Shown: positions 13,645 through 27,947 of the stretch, one piece after another
How the letters are laid out: every line of letters begins with the position of its first letter
Numbering within the stretch: position 1 is the first letter of the stretch
Assembly: GCF_006345805.1 (NCBI RefSeq)
Contig: NC_043000.1
Span: 89,528,001-89,592,000, forward strand
DNA from: Octopus sinensis
Lineage: Eukaryota
Direction: 5' to 3'
Length of the DNA stretch: 64,000 nt
Position numbers and translations under genes: made by a program
The notes under the pieces: model-generated
Databases searched by the model: none
What the model was told of the DNA's origin: nothing
The model's input: the letters and a program-made list of their open reading frames with translations, nothing else

Positions 13645-14275
13645 GAGACACCCCCACCATCATCCTTCTCTACTCTACTCTGGCCCGACCCCACCTTGAA
13701 TATTGTTGCCCACTGTAGTCTCCCTATACGAAGCAAGTCATTATGAAAGTGGAAACACTCCACAGGTCAATAACAAGGGAGATAGACGGCATGACAGGCC
13801 CTGATTATTGGGGTCGATGAAAAAACTCAGTCTCTACTCTCTGCAATTCCGTCGGAAGCGCTACACCATCCGTGTGATGTGGAAAATATTCCATCAATAT
13901 TGCACAAATGATGTTGGCATCAATTTTAAAATCCACACAAGTATTGAACGCCGTGTTGTCCATCCACTACAAAAATCGAACTCAGGACACGTAACAACAT
14001 TACATCACAACTACTTTACCTCAACCTGTCCAGCTCTCTTTAATACCATGCCAAAATACGTCAAAACTGAAACGGATCCCATAAAATTCAAAAGTTCACT
14101 GGACAAATTTCTTTTAAAAATCCTGGACCAACCTCCTCCACCCGGATATGTCTTCCAGAATAATAATTCTTTGCTAGAGTAGGCCACACTTCCCTATATA
14201 TGACTGAAAGACTTCACCAGGTGGTGCTGTTAAGTTAGACATTGCCTGGGCCTATACTGGCCGAAACTTATCAAA
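13645..14275 (+). mobile_element. CR1/L2-group LINE 3' fragment, decayed
   Basis: LYSTLARPHLEYCCPL...LSLYSLQFRR...FKSSLDKFL...NNNSLLE, with stops and frameshifts. Confidence 0.8.
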
Positions 14276-14278
14276 TTC

Positions 14279-14355
<77 letters not shown>

Positions 14356-14360
14356 ATATA

Positions 14361-14404
<44 letters not shown>

Positions 14405-14544
14405 ATATGTATTATGTATGTATGTAGGTATGTATGTATATACTAGTAAAATATATGTTTATTTATAAAGAAGATAATATAAGGATGGCAATCAAAATAT
14501 AGTGTTCAGATTAGGAAAAATAGTATTATTATCAAAGGAGGCAA

Positions 14545-14800
14545 TAGCACCAACAACAGTTATTCAGAGAAAGCCTTATGAAGGCAGAAAACATTTCTTT
14601 CTTTTTTATTGTTAAGTAAAGAAAAATTGGACTTTTGTATATAAAGGATCTCACTTATACACAACATATATTTATTATTCTTTACATCATACGCAGGTGT
14701 TGAGGCTAAGATTTTCCAATGGACGTCATAGCTAATACGTTTATCTTTGAGGTCCCATATATAATTACTCAAACCAGTGGAATTCCTCCTATTTCTGTTT
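14545..14800 (-). mobile_element. Penelope-like GIY-YIG C-terminal fragment
   Basis: LSNYIWDLK...WKILASTPAY...LCISE...LLN, similar to the C-terminus of ORF 6418-6834. Confidence 0.7.
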
Positions 14801-14999
14801 CAGAGTACTCACTTTGATTGAGTACTCACTACACATTGGAAAACAATTCCTTTTTTTTTGCAGTTATTACTAAAGACACAATTATTACTATTTCTACAAT
14901 CACAAAGTCTATACTGTTGTGTGGGGTCTACACTGGTACGGTTAGTGTATATATTGAGGCTATCGTAAGGTGAAATATAATTACTACTGTTATGTCTAA

Positions 15000-15078
<79 letters not shown>

Positions 15079-15079
15079 A

Positions 15080-17760
15080 TTTCCTTTGCACAGCTTCTAA
15101 TGCTGGAGATGTACTACGGTGTCAGCTGTTCACTGCCAGTGAACTAAGGTAACACCCCTTATTTTTCGAGCACCTTCCGGAGTAATCGAGCGGTTACAAG
15201 CAGTGCTGTTTTCTGCAAGTGCTTCATCCTTATTGCAGCCCCTATTTGTTCCACGTACTTCTCGAGATTTTTGCTCACTGTTCCTGAGGGCTCCGACAAT
15301 TATTGGTACTACTGCTACCTTTTACATCGACCCCCAACTGCTTAACTTCCCAAGCTAACCCGTCATATCTCTCGAATTTTCTTTCTTCCTTATCGCATGA
15401 CTTGTTGTCAGATGAGAATGCTATATCTATGATCCAGCATAGTTTGTTTTCTTTCTCAATTAAGACTATGTCCGGCTCCATATTTTTTGCTCTGTCAAGT
15501 CCATACTTGTTGCAAAGTATGGACAAGCCTGGCTATACTGTCGTGAATGTCTCTTATATTCCTTCTGGGCTAATATGGTAATATGCCATACGGTTTCAAC
15601 GTTTTGTCCACAGTTTTTGCACCTATCACTTTCTGATGTGTTGTTTATTCTGTATTTTATGTAGTTTGTTCTTAGTACTTGCTCTTGGGAAGCAGAGATT
15701 AGAAGCAGAGATTAAAGCCTTCGTTTCCGGTATTAAATCACTTTTTGTCATTCACAGCAATCGTTTTTTCTATCTGTTTTATCTTCAACATCCCTATGAA
15801 ATTGACCATGCATTCTTTTCTTCATCCACCTATCTTCAGTTTCATCGTTTTCAATTTCTTGTGTAGCGCTTTATCTTTGCAATCTTCCATCTTACACAAG
15901 CCTGATCTTCTTACTTCTAACAATAGCGGTTCTGTGGCAATTTTTACATACCATGCTATGTTGTTTTCTTCTGCTCTAATGCTGTGTCCGCATCCAATAT
16001 GTCCTCTTCCCCCTCTTTTTCTTGATATACACAATCTGTATGTGTCACTTTTGGGGTGGAGTGTCCCATACCTAGTTAGTAACTTCCTTGACTTTCTGTC
16101 TAAGCTGTTTACTTCGTCTACTGTCCATGCAATTACCCCTGCTCCATAAGGAGTGAAACCGGCCAGGTGTTGATAGCTTCGATCTTAATCCGTCCGTTTA
16201 ATGTCGACTTAAGGATCAGTCTCAGTCTGCGCAAGTATTCCACCTGTCCCTACTGACCTTTGTACTTAAATTTTTCTGTCATTTCTTTCTCCATCAATTT
16301 ATCCATCTCCAAAATCCCCAAGTACTTATAGTCCGTCAGTCCTATCTGCTTTATAACTTACCCCAACAATATCGTTAGCCTGTCCATATATTTGATTTCA
16401 AGACTAACACACCACACTTTCTTAGTTCGAACTCAATTCTGATATCAGCACTGAAAGTATACACCGTATCAACGAGAGAACTGACTTGGGCTTCATCTTT
16501 ACCATAAAGTTTGAGGTCAGCCATGAATAACAAATGGTTGAATTTTTCTTGGTGGCTTTTGAATACATACCCAGTTTTTGCTTTCTTCAGAATCAGTGTT
16601 AGTGGTATCAAGCACAGTACAAAGGCAGTCCCCGTGGAAGATGCTCCTTGTAATTTCTACTGTCTGCATGCTGTTAGGTTTGTCTTCCATTTCGCCATAC
16701 TTTTTCCAAGCAATCACTCAACATTCGATGCAATACCAAATAGGTTTATACACTCCATAATCCAAGAATGTGGAATCATATCGTACGCCTAACGATATTC
16801 GATTCATGATATGGCTAAGTTATTTTTCCTCCTCTTGCAGTCTCTAAGTACAGTTTTGACTATCAGGAGTTGATTCTTGGCACCTCTGCACCTACACTTG
16901 CAACCCTTTTGCTCAAGTGGCAGGACATTTTTTCCAGATGTTCGTACATTGACTCTGCGAGTATTCCAGTCAATAACTTCCATAAAAGTGGCAAACAGGA
17001 TATCGGCCTGTAATTGTCTACCGTATTGTCTTTTTCGATGTTTTTCAGGCACAGCATTGTCCTATCCAATGTCAACCACTCTGGTTTTACTTGGTCGGCA
17101 TTTAACAAAAGTGTTGGTTTGCGCAGCTATTCGTGCATGACATTCACCAAATCTTCTGATCCAGTAGCCTTGAACTCCATCTGTCCCGAGGCCTTCCAGT
17201 TGCTCAGATTTTGCTGATTTCCTTCACTTCCTTAACTGAAATAACTAGTTCTGCCTGTTTTGGACAGTCTACTGTTTGTTTCAGTCCTTGCAACCATTCA
17301 GCATCCTTCTTGTGCTTCTTGTCTTTGCTCCAGATGTCACTCCAAAACCTTTGACTTTCAATGTTATCTGATATCAACTTTTCATCTGTACACACTCCAT
17401 TGATTTCTTTATAGAATATCTTCTTTTCTACTCTGAATAACCTATCCTGGTGGTAAACCTTCATTCTTTGACCGTATCTTACCACCTTTGCTTTCTTTGC
17501 AACGAGGCGCTGTTTCAATTCCCCCATTACTACTTTCAGACCCTTTCTTTCAATATTATACTTCCTTTTCAGCGCACTGTATTTTTTGTTCGCTTTTAAG
17601 CTCCCCTTTCTCTTTTCGGTCCAACGCAGAGATTTCCTTCGAGAGCATGTCTAACTCTGCTTGGATTCTTCTTTTCCACCATGGATCTTTTCTTTTATCA
17701 CTCCCATTATGTTTCTTTTTCTTGACATCAACACCCACGTTTTGGTAAATAGATCACAGG
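15080..17760 (-). mobile_element. R4/Dong-type REL-endonuclease LINE, decayed, flanked by (TAA)n on both sides
   Basis: [29 protein letters not shown] (degenerate FMDD), C-x2-C..H knuckle, PDIV...IIDIA...K REL motif, C-terminus LQKTALL.TARLLRKVL. Confidence 0.9.
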
Positions 17761-17779
17761 TCTATAATAGATTATTATA

Positions 17780-17871
<92 letters not shown>

Positions 17872-18181
17872 TATTAGTGTGTATATTACTGTTGTTATAT
17901 TTTCTCTTTAAGTCGAAAGTATCAAGTTTTGTAATATTCATGAAGGAGATGATAGAGGCCAGGTTATTCTTATTGTTTTACTATTAATGATTTCCCAGTA
18001 TCTATTTTTTCCTTTTATAAAGTATTTGTTAATTTGTTTAACGATTATTTTTACTAAGCTGTGTTTAATTTGTATAGCATATGGTTATGGTAATATTAGC
18101 CAGACAGTATCGTTTCCTTTGTTCAGAGGATTAGGATTATTGTACTTTGTTCTATTGTTATTATTTGGGCAATTATTATTA

Positions 18182-18246
<65 letters not shown>

Positions 18247-18449
18247 GTCATTATTATTATTATTGTTATTAATATTGACGTTATACACCTTATTAGTATT
18301 ACTATTGTTATCACTATTAATAGAGCTATGACGGGCGCCTGTTTGGGATTTCTTATTAATAGTAAGCACTTGGATATAAATACGTCGGTATACATCCAGT
18401 AGTATATTGGATATTTAATATCCCTTAGATGGTTACTTCACCTCTAACT

Positions 18450-18526
<77 letters not shown>

Positions 18527-18694
18527 TGTGTGTGTGTGTGGTGTGTGTGTGTGTGTATTATATACAGATAGATAATATATATTTAAAATACATACATACA
18601 TGCTACTTACACACAGACACACATACAGATGTATATGCATGTATAAATGTATAAATATATGTGTGTGTGTGTGTATACAGACAGACTGATAGGC

Positions 18695-18741
<47 letters not shown>

Positions 18742-19345
18742 TAGATAGATATTGATATATCGTTCCAAAATTTGTAATATAATCAATAACGGAGCAAAGT
18801 CATAACTAACACAGTAGAACGTCTTTTTTATGGGCAAGCTATATATTATCTGAAGAATAGCAAATATTTTTCCGAATCAGAAATGCAGATTTTAAAAAAG
18901 AAGCATAAACTAAAATGACCTTGGCATAGTTAAAAATTATATCGTTTCTGTAAACTCAAATATTATAAACGCCAATGAAGTATTGCAACAAATTACAGCA
19001 GAGCTTTAAGCTATGGATATTGTTCACTTTTTAATTATTTTCGAATTTTATCTTTAATATAATTATTCACAACATTATTGATTGTAAATATTTTGAAAGG
19101 TAGACTGCCTATACGAGGTTATAATCGAAGTCTATTTCCTACCTTACTTACTAAACAAAGTATTTTGTTTGTTCCTTGAAATAGGTGGCCTTTCTGTGAC
19201 AACGTCTGGTCGCTTTCCGCAATATTTTCCAATCCGGCCTACAAAAAAGCCATTCATTAAACAACAAATATTATTAATGTTGTTCAACTCAGTAATTATC
19301 TTTTCCAGTATGTCCCCAAAATTCTGGCATTGTATTCTAAGTAGT

Positions 19346-19381
<36 letters not shown>

Positions 19382-20268
19382 GGGGAGTGTGTGTGTGTGT
19401 GTGTGTGGCTTTTCACGGGGTACAACTTGCATACGCAACATTATTCGTATATGCAAACAAAAACAATTTAATTCACAGGTTGAAGATGGGAAGGATGGCG
19501 TCCCTTTGCAAATACTGATAGGGCAAAAAGAAAGTGTGTCAATAGCCAGCTAGAGGAGGTGTCCTCCAGGGGCTACAAGCTACAGTAGCATCCACCCTTA
19601 GGGGTTAGCCACAGTTAAGTGACAAATTTACTTCACGATGCTGTGCAGCTACTGTTCATACCTCGCTCAGAGATTTATTATTAATTTCATTCATGTTATA
19701 TAGTTAATATGAAAATATCAACTATACATAATATACAATATCAGTAATACATTTTTACGTAATCTTGCCACTATATAATTATCATGACTACAACTTGTAA
19801 ATATAGCCATTTCAGGTGACCTACATCATAAACCTCAACACAGCATTTCCAGTATTGGTGCCTCTGAGTGAATTGTCTTGACTTAGAAATAAATCTTGTT
19901 GAATTGTATCAGCAAGAATTTATAAATTTATGTACATCATCCATAAAGAACCAGTGATCTCGCTGTACTTATTCACATGCAATATTGACTTCTCAGGTCA
20001 ACTTCTCAGGGTAAAATATGTCGGTTACTAATTTTTCGACTTCCTATATATTTTGGGTGTTTAATGTAAATAGCATATTGATATAATTGTTCACGTTCCT
20101 ATGAACATCCTGTATACTCTTGACCCAACATGTACAAACATAATATGCATGTTTCGTTGCATTTCGAGTGGTGAAGTAATCAAGGTATCTTTGTGTGCAA
20201 AGTGATATAACTGATAAGTCAGATACTTAAACCAAATTAAAGATAACAGTTATACTACTTCTAACATC

Positions 20269-20323
20269 TATTTAACTAGCTTGATACAAACAATTATTCA
20301 CAGACAGCAGCAGACTCTCTAAA
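20269..20323 (+). promoter_or_regulatory. Possible core promoter / 5'UTR of the VWA gene
   Basis: TATTTAA at 20269-20275, TCA initiator-like motif about 30 nt downstream, GATAA motifs upstream. Motif-level evidence only, in AT-rich DNA. Confidence 0.25.
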
Positions 20324-20423
20324 ATGAAGCTTGTCTGCGTTGCTTCTGGGTTAATATGTTTATTTTTAATAACTTTTACATCCACAATCCCATCAGGTGT
20401 CGCAGTCGAAGATGATTCAGCAG
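20324..20423 (+). CDS. Multi-VWA secreted protein, coding exon 1 (signal peptide MKLVCVASGLICLFLITFTSTIPSGVAVEDDSA)
   Basis: AAAATG start, basic residue plus hydrophobic core typical of a signal peptide, donor CAG|gtatat at 20424. 100 nt gives phase 1, which joins in frame to the acceptor at 26499. Confidence 0.72.
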
Positions 20424-21329
20424 GTATATATTTATATACATATATATTATTTATACTGGTTATATGTGCATTACAAGTATATGTTAGATTGTTGAATATA
20501 TATTTTTAAACATGTTATAAATGCAATCAGTTGTCACGAGCTCACTGAATTGTTTGCTTAACGGACAAAATGCTTAATGGCATTTCGTTAGTCTTTCCGT
20601 TTTGAGTTCAAATTCCATCGAGGTCGGCTTTGCCTTTTATCCTTTCGGGGTCGATTAAATAAGTACCAGTTACGCATTGGGGTCGATATAATCGACTTAA
20701 TCCGTTTGTCTGTCCTTGTTTGTCTTCTCTGTGTGTTAGCTCCTTGTGGGTAGTAAAGAAATAGGCATTTCGTTAGTCTTTACGTTTTGAGTTCAAATTC
20801 CGCCGAGGTCGACTTTGTCTTTCATCCTTTCAGTGAAGATAATTTGAGCACTAGTCAAACAATGGGGTCAATATAATCGACTAGTTCCCTCGCCAAAAAT
20901 TTCAGGCTTTGTGCCTTTAGTAGGAAGGATTATTATCATGATCATCAAGCTTGTAGACTCGTTAGCGCGTCGGACAACTTACTTAGTATCATTTCTTCCG
21001 GTTCATTACGTTTAGAATTTGAATACCACCAAGGTCAACGTTGCCTTTCATCCTTTTGGAATTGATAAAATAAAGTACCAGTCGAGTACTGGTGTCAGTG
21101 TATCAAGTAAAACTCTCCTCAAATTATTGCCCTTGTGCCAAAATTTGAAAACATTGTTATTTATATTATTACATACATTAGTTAGCAAGGATTTTGCCTT
21201 GCGCTTTGCTAACAAGTCTCCTCTAATCTCAACAATCTCTGTCATGATTTTTGCAGAATACGAGATGGCACTTTTGTGCACCTCGACAATGCGAGACTCA
21301 ATTCTAATATTCTTCAGCCTCTTAGCAGT

Positions 21330-23060
21330 TTGAAAGTTTTTGCAGGTGCACTAAATACCAGAAGAATAACTGTCATTTTGGTCGTCTATAATCTCAGCAT
21401 TTTTCTGGCAAGGCCCTGATGTTTCATATTTTTCTCAGTTTCTTTGTTATCCGCTCTATTATTATATGTTATTGCAAAGTTTAGAATCTTAGTGTTTGCT
21501 TGATTTTTGTTATTAATTTTCTTGTCTTCTACAATCTTATCTAGTCTTCTTCAATAGTATGGTCAGTCTATATGGGGAATCCCATAAAATCTAGTAATTG
21601 CTATCCTCGAAGAGAGCTTCTGGTTTGTGTTCATGCCACTTTCTGCTATTTTGAATCCACACACTCGGTTAACTTTTCAATGCACTCTTTTACTGATGCA
21701 GTGACGCCTGCGCTTATGCTCTTTTTGTGCTAAATTACTGCATTTATTCAAGAGACAATTCATACTTTCATAAACCTAACCCACAGATTCTGCATCTACT
21801 CTGACTAAATTCTATCAATCTTTGCTTTCATCCAATTCGTTCTAATAACTCGTTCTTGAACGGCTATAATTAGTTCTTTAGTCTTTCGCTTTAGGTTTTC
21901 ATCAGTCAATCACAACCAGCTTTCTTTACAACTAAGATTCTGTTTGTTGCATGAACCGGCCATGTAAACACTTCTCTTACTAACTACTGATTTTGTTATT
22001 GTTCCTTCAATTCTTGACTTCTAGAGTTTCAATAACTTGTATATTTCTAGCCGTTAATACTATTCTTTCTTCACTACGTGCAACATCGTTTTTCAATAAG
22101 TCTTCTCCGTTTAGCAAACCTCTGCCTCTTTTTCTTCATGGTAGATGCCGCTTATCAATATTCCTTTCAGAGTGTTGTGTGTTGTGCATTGTAAGCAGTT
22201 TCCGGCCCTGTTTAAGTAGCTCTCTCTTAATCCACTTTTAGAAAAGTAGGAGGGTATATAAAAACTGGCATGGCCCATGTATTCTTTGATTTGATAATAA
22301 ATCTTTACTTTAATATTGTTTCGAGCATCCTTCTAATCCTTCTCTTGGATTATTTGGAGATTTTCTTTCGTATTTCTCCTTTCATTATTCTACTGTACCC
22401 CTCATTATTTCTCAGAGAACTAATATCATCTTTCGCTAATTTCAGATCATTAGAATTTATGACATTTCACATTTATTTACTACAAACTGCACCCCAATAT
22501 ATTTGTAAAATAATCTTGATGTGTGAAATCTTATGAACAGCTCGCTCATCTACTTTACTGCAATCCGTACTTTTCTCTTTCGATTCCTCTCAAAACTTGA
22601 AATTTCTTTTAATTGTTCAAGTAAGCTCCTTTCCCCCTCTGGAACATCCTTTCCTTCCACAAAGTAAAATTTGTTTTCAACCGGTTTGTTATTTCTCTCC
22701 TGCTAGCTTATTGGACCTTCTACTATTTTGTTTTTTAGTTTCCTCTTCTTGTTCTACGTATTCGTGTTTTTATTCTTTCATTGTTGTGTAGATCTCTTCC
22801 AGTTCAAACTGGGATAGCCACTGTCTTTTCCCGATTAAATTTTCTGGATTAGAAGTCTTTGTTTTGTGAAATAGGGTATGTCTTCCACTATCTATATTTT
22901 GCACATCCTTTTCCTGTATCCTATTTTGCAAGTTTCCTTCTATAATAACATTCCATTAGTCCTGTTGTCGTTTGGATCCAATCCATCTTTCTGTCTGTAA
23001 TACTTTTATTAATATATCCAATACAAGACTTCTTTCCACCAACCACTCATCGATGTATTT
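21330..23060 (-). mobile_element. Old internally deleted R4/Dong-type LINE
   Basis: Fragmented frames give RKLLTMH...RGRGL, ELIIAVQERVIRTNW...CRICG, ILWD and other Dong-like ORF segments, with many stops. Confidence 0.6.
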
Positions 23061-23069
23061 GTCAATGTC

Positions 23070-23169
<100 letters not shown>

Positions 23170-23744
23170 TAAAAGACTGAATATTAAAATGTTATTTTCT
23201 TGTCAGTCACAGTAATATATACTGTTTAAAAATTTCCCACTTTATATGTATTTCTCTCTCACTCTTTCTCTCTACCTCTAGCTTCAGCAATTTTTTTGAC
23301 CGTGTAATTCCCCTCTTCACACCGTTATCATTTCTCTTTCTCTTTCTTTTCTCTTCTCACTATGTGACAACGTAAAGCATTGGCTGGTATTGCGTCACTA
23401 CCCTCAATATATCCGCATCTCATTCTTCCTAAAATTTCCCTCTTGTTTCTATCTTTCTACCTGTATTTTCCTAACCTCAACACAAGAACATCATTACTCT
23501 GCTAAGCCTTGTGTTTCTAACTCTGTATAGATCCCTCCCTTCATCTAACTTTTTAACCACGTAATAACTATTATTCTCACCCTACCTCACAGCGTTAACA
23601 CATTTCTCTCCCTCTTTTTGTCTCACTCTTCGTTTCTCCCTTCAACTAATCACGTAATGCATTCGACCATAGCGCATTAATTTATAGATAAAATAATAAT
23701 GGTTTCGAAATATTGTTATTGTTATTATTATTATTATTATTACA

Positions 23745-23909
23745 TTTTTTTTCTTCTTTCACATTTGCTTCCATTTCTTGCCGAGTGTCTTCCCGACTCC
23801 TAGGGCAAAGAAACTCATAGTATACATTGGTAGGCCATTAAACCAAACTCAATAGTTCGTTCTTTTTTTTATTTTTTTAAAGTTATTATTATTATTATTA
23901 TCATTATTA

Positions 23910-23955
<46 letters not shown>

Positions 23956-24256
23956 TTTTTTTTTCTTCTTTCAAATTTGCTTCCATTTCTTGCCGAGTTA
24001 AGACAATCTTTTGCACTTCTTGCGGGGATGGTAAGCCAGGGATCATTCTCATATAATTTTCGGTTCCCTTCTTGATCATTCCTAGTGCTCCTACGATCAC
24101 TGGTATTGTAACCGCCTTGAGATGCCACATTTTCTCAATTTCAATGAGTAGGTCTTTATATTTTCTGAGCTTGTCAAACTCTTTCGCTGAGATATTATGA
24201 TCACAGGGGATGCTCATGTCAATCAATAAGCAAACTTTATTGTTTTGGTCTTTCAC
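23745..24256 (-). mobile_element. R4/Dong-type LINE REL-domain fragment with duplicated 3' end, between (TAA)n tracts
   Basis: CLLIDMSIP.D...K..KYKDL...IPVIVGALG...QKIVL. The 3' terminus (ctcggcaagaaatggaagcaaat) occurs twice, each time followed by (AAT)n. Confidence 0.8.
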
Positions 24257-24283
24257 ATATTATTATTATTATTATTATTATTA

Positions 24284-24337
<54 letters not shown>

Positions 24338-24339
<2 letters not shown>

Positions 24340-24897
24340 GAGTGAGAGAGCAGTGCATGCCATCAAAGTGACACTGGGGTAAAATATACGAAGCCCAATA
24401 TACCCATCATGACTACCCGTCTGATAAGGGTACACCAGGCACATGCATCACAACCATATGTGCGCGACATGGTGATCTCATATCAAGATAAACAGCACAT
24501 GACCTTGCAGGTGGGGCCCAGTTAGAATTTTCTTCAGGTTGAGTAGCCCATCCCGCTCAAAAGGTCCCAGAATAAGGGTTGTTTAAGGATGTTGAAAGAA
24601 CCAGCCATGTTTCCAGAGGTGAATTATTCAAACCCCAAAGAATCCCTCTCAACACATGGCTATGATGCTCCCTCTCTACTTCTGCTCGTGATCAGAGATG
24701 CACATATCGCCAGCCACTTAGGGACATGCTCAACTGGTTAAGGTCAAACAACTGACAAGCAAATCTGTGGTACTGAGCAGAATATTTGCTGTAGCCCATC
24801 TTTTATGCCAAGACAAAACAATGTACATGATAACACTTCCAATCAGTTAAGATCAGAAGCCATGAGAGCCACTGCCTGGTACTGCATTAGGGCATTT
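24338..24897 (-). mobile_element. ~560-bp non-coding interspersed repeat 'family D' (further copies 24960-25405, 25624-26118, 43608-44020)
   Basis: Alignable copies begin gagtgagagagcagtgcatgccatcaaagtgacact on the + strand next to (ATT)n. No ORF and no tRNA boxes. Confidence 0.75.
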
Positions 24898-24913
24898 ATT
24901 ATTATTATTATTA

Positions 24914-24947
<34 letters not shown>

Positions 24948-25583
24948 TGTACAGTAGGGTACAAATATACAAAACCAAATATATCCATCATGACTACCCA
25001 GGCACATGTATCACAACCATAAGTGCTCAGTATGGTGATCTCATGTCAAGATAAACAATGAATAACCTTGCAGGTGGGGCTCCGTTAGAATTTTCTTCAT
25101 GTTGAGAGGCCGATCTTGATCAAAAGGTTCCTGAATGAAGGTTGTTTAATGATGATAAATGAAGCACCTATTTTTCCAGGGATCAATTATTCAAACCCCA
25201 TGAATTACTCCCGACACATGGCTATGATGCTCTCCAACTACACCTGCTCGTGATCAGAGATGCACATGTCGTCAGCCAATAAGGGATATAATTAAATGGT
25301 TACGGTCAAGCAACTGACAAGCAAATCTAAGGTATTGAGCAGAATAGGTGGCCCATCTTTTACAGCAAGATAATATATGTGCATGATAGCACATTCAATT
25401 ATCAAAGATCAAAAGCCATGACAGTCACTGCTTGTTACTGCATCATGATCAATTCCACAAAGGTCGACTTTACCTTTCATCCTTTCGGGGATCAATAAAT
25501 AAAGTACCAGTTGCGGACTGGGGTCGATCTTATTGACTAGCCCCTCCCCCAAAATTTCAGGCCTTGTGCCCGTATTATTATTA

Positions 25584-25623
<40 letters not shown>

Positions 25624-26181
25624 GAGTGAGAGAGCAGTGCATGCCATGAAAATGACACTGAGGTAAAATATACGAAGCTCAGTATGTTCATCATGATTAC
25701 CCGTCTAATAAGGATAAACCAGACACATGCATCAAAACCATATGCGCGTGACATGGTGATTTCATATCAAAATAAACAATGAATAACCTTGCAGGTGGAG
25801 CCCAGCTAGAATTTTCTGCAGGTAGAGTAGCCCATTCCACTCAAGAAGTCACTGAATAAGAGTCGTTTAAGGATGTTGAACGAAACACCCATGTTACCAA
25901 AGGTGAATTATTCAAACCCCAAAGAATTCTTCTCGATACATAGTTATGATGCTCCCCCACTACTTCTACTCGTGATCAGAGATGCACACATCGTCAGCCA
26001 GCAAGGGACATGCTCAGCTGGCTAAGATCAAATAACAAGATCAGATAACAAGAAGACAAAAGATGTACATAACACTTCCAGTCAGTTAAGATCAGAAGCC
26101 ATGAGAGCCAATGCCTGGTTGTTGTTGTTGTTGTTGTTGTATTTGTTATTCATAATAATGATGATAATAATAATAATAATA

Positions 26182-26216
<35 letters not shown>

Positions 26217-26498
26217 GTTTCAAATGTAGGTACAAGGCTAGCAATTTCGGCTGGGGAGGGGGGCTAAGTCGATTACATCAACTCCAATACTTAACTAGTA
26301 CTTTTTTATCGACTCGGAAAGGACAAGGAACAAAATCGACCTCGGTGGAATTTGAACTCAGATCGTAAAAGCGGATGAAATGCCTCAGCATTTCGTGGTG
26401 GTGGCCATGATGATGATGATGGTAGTGGTGGTGGCCATGATGATACCTATTTTTGCACGTTTGAAAAGTGTTTGAATCATTGTCTATTTTATTTTCAG

Positions 26499-27065
26499 CA
26501 TGCAATTCATCGGTGGCCGACATCCTTTTCATTCTGGACTCGTCCGGAAGTGTGTCAAATCTCGACTTTAATAAAATGATTACTTTCGTCAAAGAAATGG
26601 TAAAAGGTTTTGATATCGGCAAAGATAAAATCCGTGTTGCAGTTAGTTTATTTGCTGGAACCGGCGTTGAAAAATTCCATCTCAACAAATATTCCGACAA
26701 AAATGCTTTACTCTCAGCCATAGGAGCCATTCAAAGAATTTCGGGCAACACCAATACAGCCGATGCTCTTACAAGAGCGCGCACTATCACTTTCACGGCT
26801 GGTAACGGGGATAGACCAAGAGTTCCCAATATCGCAATTGTCATCACTGATGGCAACTCTAACAATGCCCAATTGACAGTGAAGGCAGCCAATAGCCTGA
26901 AGGCAACTCAAGCTGTTGTATTCTCCATCGGTGTTGGAACTAACATACGGCAAAGTGAATTACAGGCGATTGCCACAGGACCAGGTACAAGTCATGTCTT
27001 TACGGTTACCAACTTTGCGGCCCTCAACACCATCAAAAAGGAACTCGCTACAAAGACATGTGAAG
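26499..27065 (+). CDS. Multi-VWA protein exon: VWA domain 1 (CNSSVADILFILDSSGSV...TNTADAL...VITDG...KTCE)
   Basis: Acceptor ttttcag|CA, donor GAAG|gtaag, 567 nt, phase 1-1. MIDAS elements DxSxS, T and D are present. Confidence 0.93.
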
Positions 27066-27344
27066 GTAAGAGGCATTTTATTTTTACTGTAATCTTTTAC
27101 TTTTTTTATCTTTTACTTGTATCAGTTATTACACTACGCCCATGCTACGGTACCGCCTTAAAAAGCCTAGCCTAACAAATCGACCCAAGCTAGAGCGGAT
27201 TTTTTTCCAAGCCTTTTGCCGAACCATTATGTAAGGGAACGTAAACATAACAACAGCAATTGACAAGCTGTGGATAATGGGGGACAAACACAAACACACA
27301 CGTACATATTTATATATATATGCATTTATATAAATATGTATGTA

Positions 27345-27389
<45 letters not shown>

Positions 27390-27440
27390 GTTTAAATATT
27401 TGTTGTGCAAGATTTTTTATGTGAAGTCGTGTGTTGAAAC

Positions 27441-27894
27441 ATATATTGTTATATTTCGGAATGGTCATATTGCCAGTTTAGCCAATAAAAAAAAACGCAC
27501 TATATATTTGGTGTTATTTTGCTTCAGTGATATTTATTTTTTACATTAATCTTAATCTTATTTCGGCCAAAGTTCTTTCGTCACACTCCTGTGACCGCAT
27601 CAGTGGTCCTTTGTTTTCTTCTCACTTACTTGTGTCTCTCCTTACTACCGTCAGCCAATAACTGATACAAGTAAAATGGGTGACGGTTAGTAAGGAGAGA
27701 CACAAGTAAGTGAGAAGAAAACAAAGGACCACTGATGCGGTCACAGGAGTGTGACGAAAGAACTTTGGCCGAAATAAGATTAAGATTAATGTAAAAAATA
27801 AATATCACTGAAGCAAAATAACACCAAATATATAGTGCGTGTGTTTTTATTGGCTAAACTGGCAATATGACCATTCCGAAATATAACAATATAT
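27441..27894. repeat. Long inverted repeat (arms ~213 bp, 27-nt spacer)
   Basis: 27441-27653 is the near-exact reverse complement of 27681-27894. Confidence 0.9.
27729..27768 (+). ncRNA. Hammerhead-like fold with variant core (mirror copy at 27567-27606 on minus strand)
   Basis: CCA-CUGAUGCG-GUCAC-AGGAGU-GUGAC-GAAA-GAAC-UU-UGG: helices I and II pair, but A9 is replaced (CG instead of A). Lies in the arms of a palindrome. Confidence 0.45.
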
Positions 27895-27895
27895 A

Positions 27896-27947
<52 letters not shown>

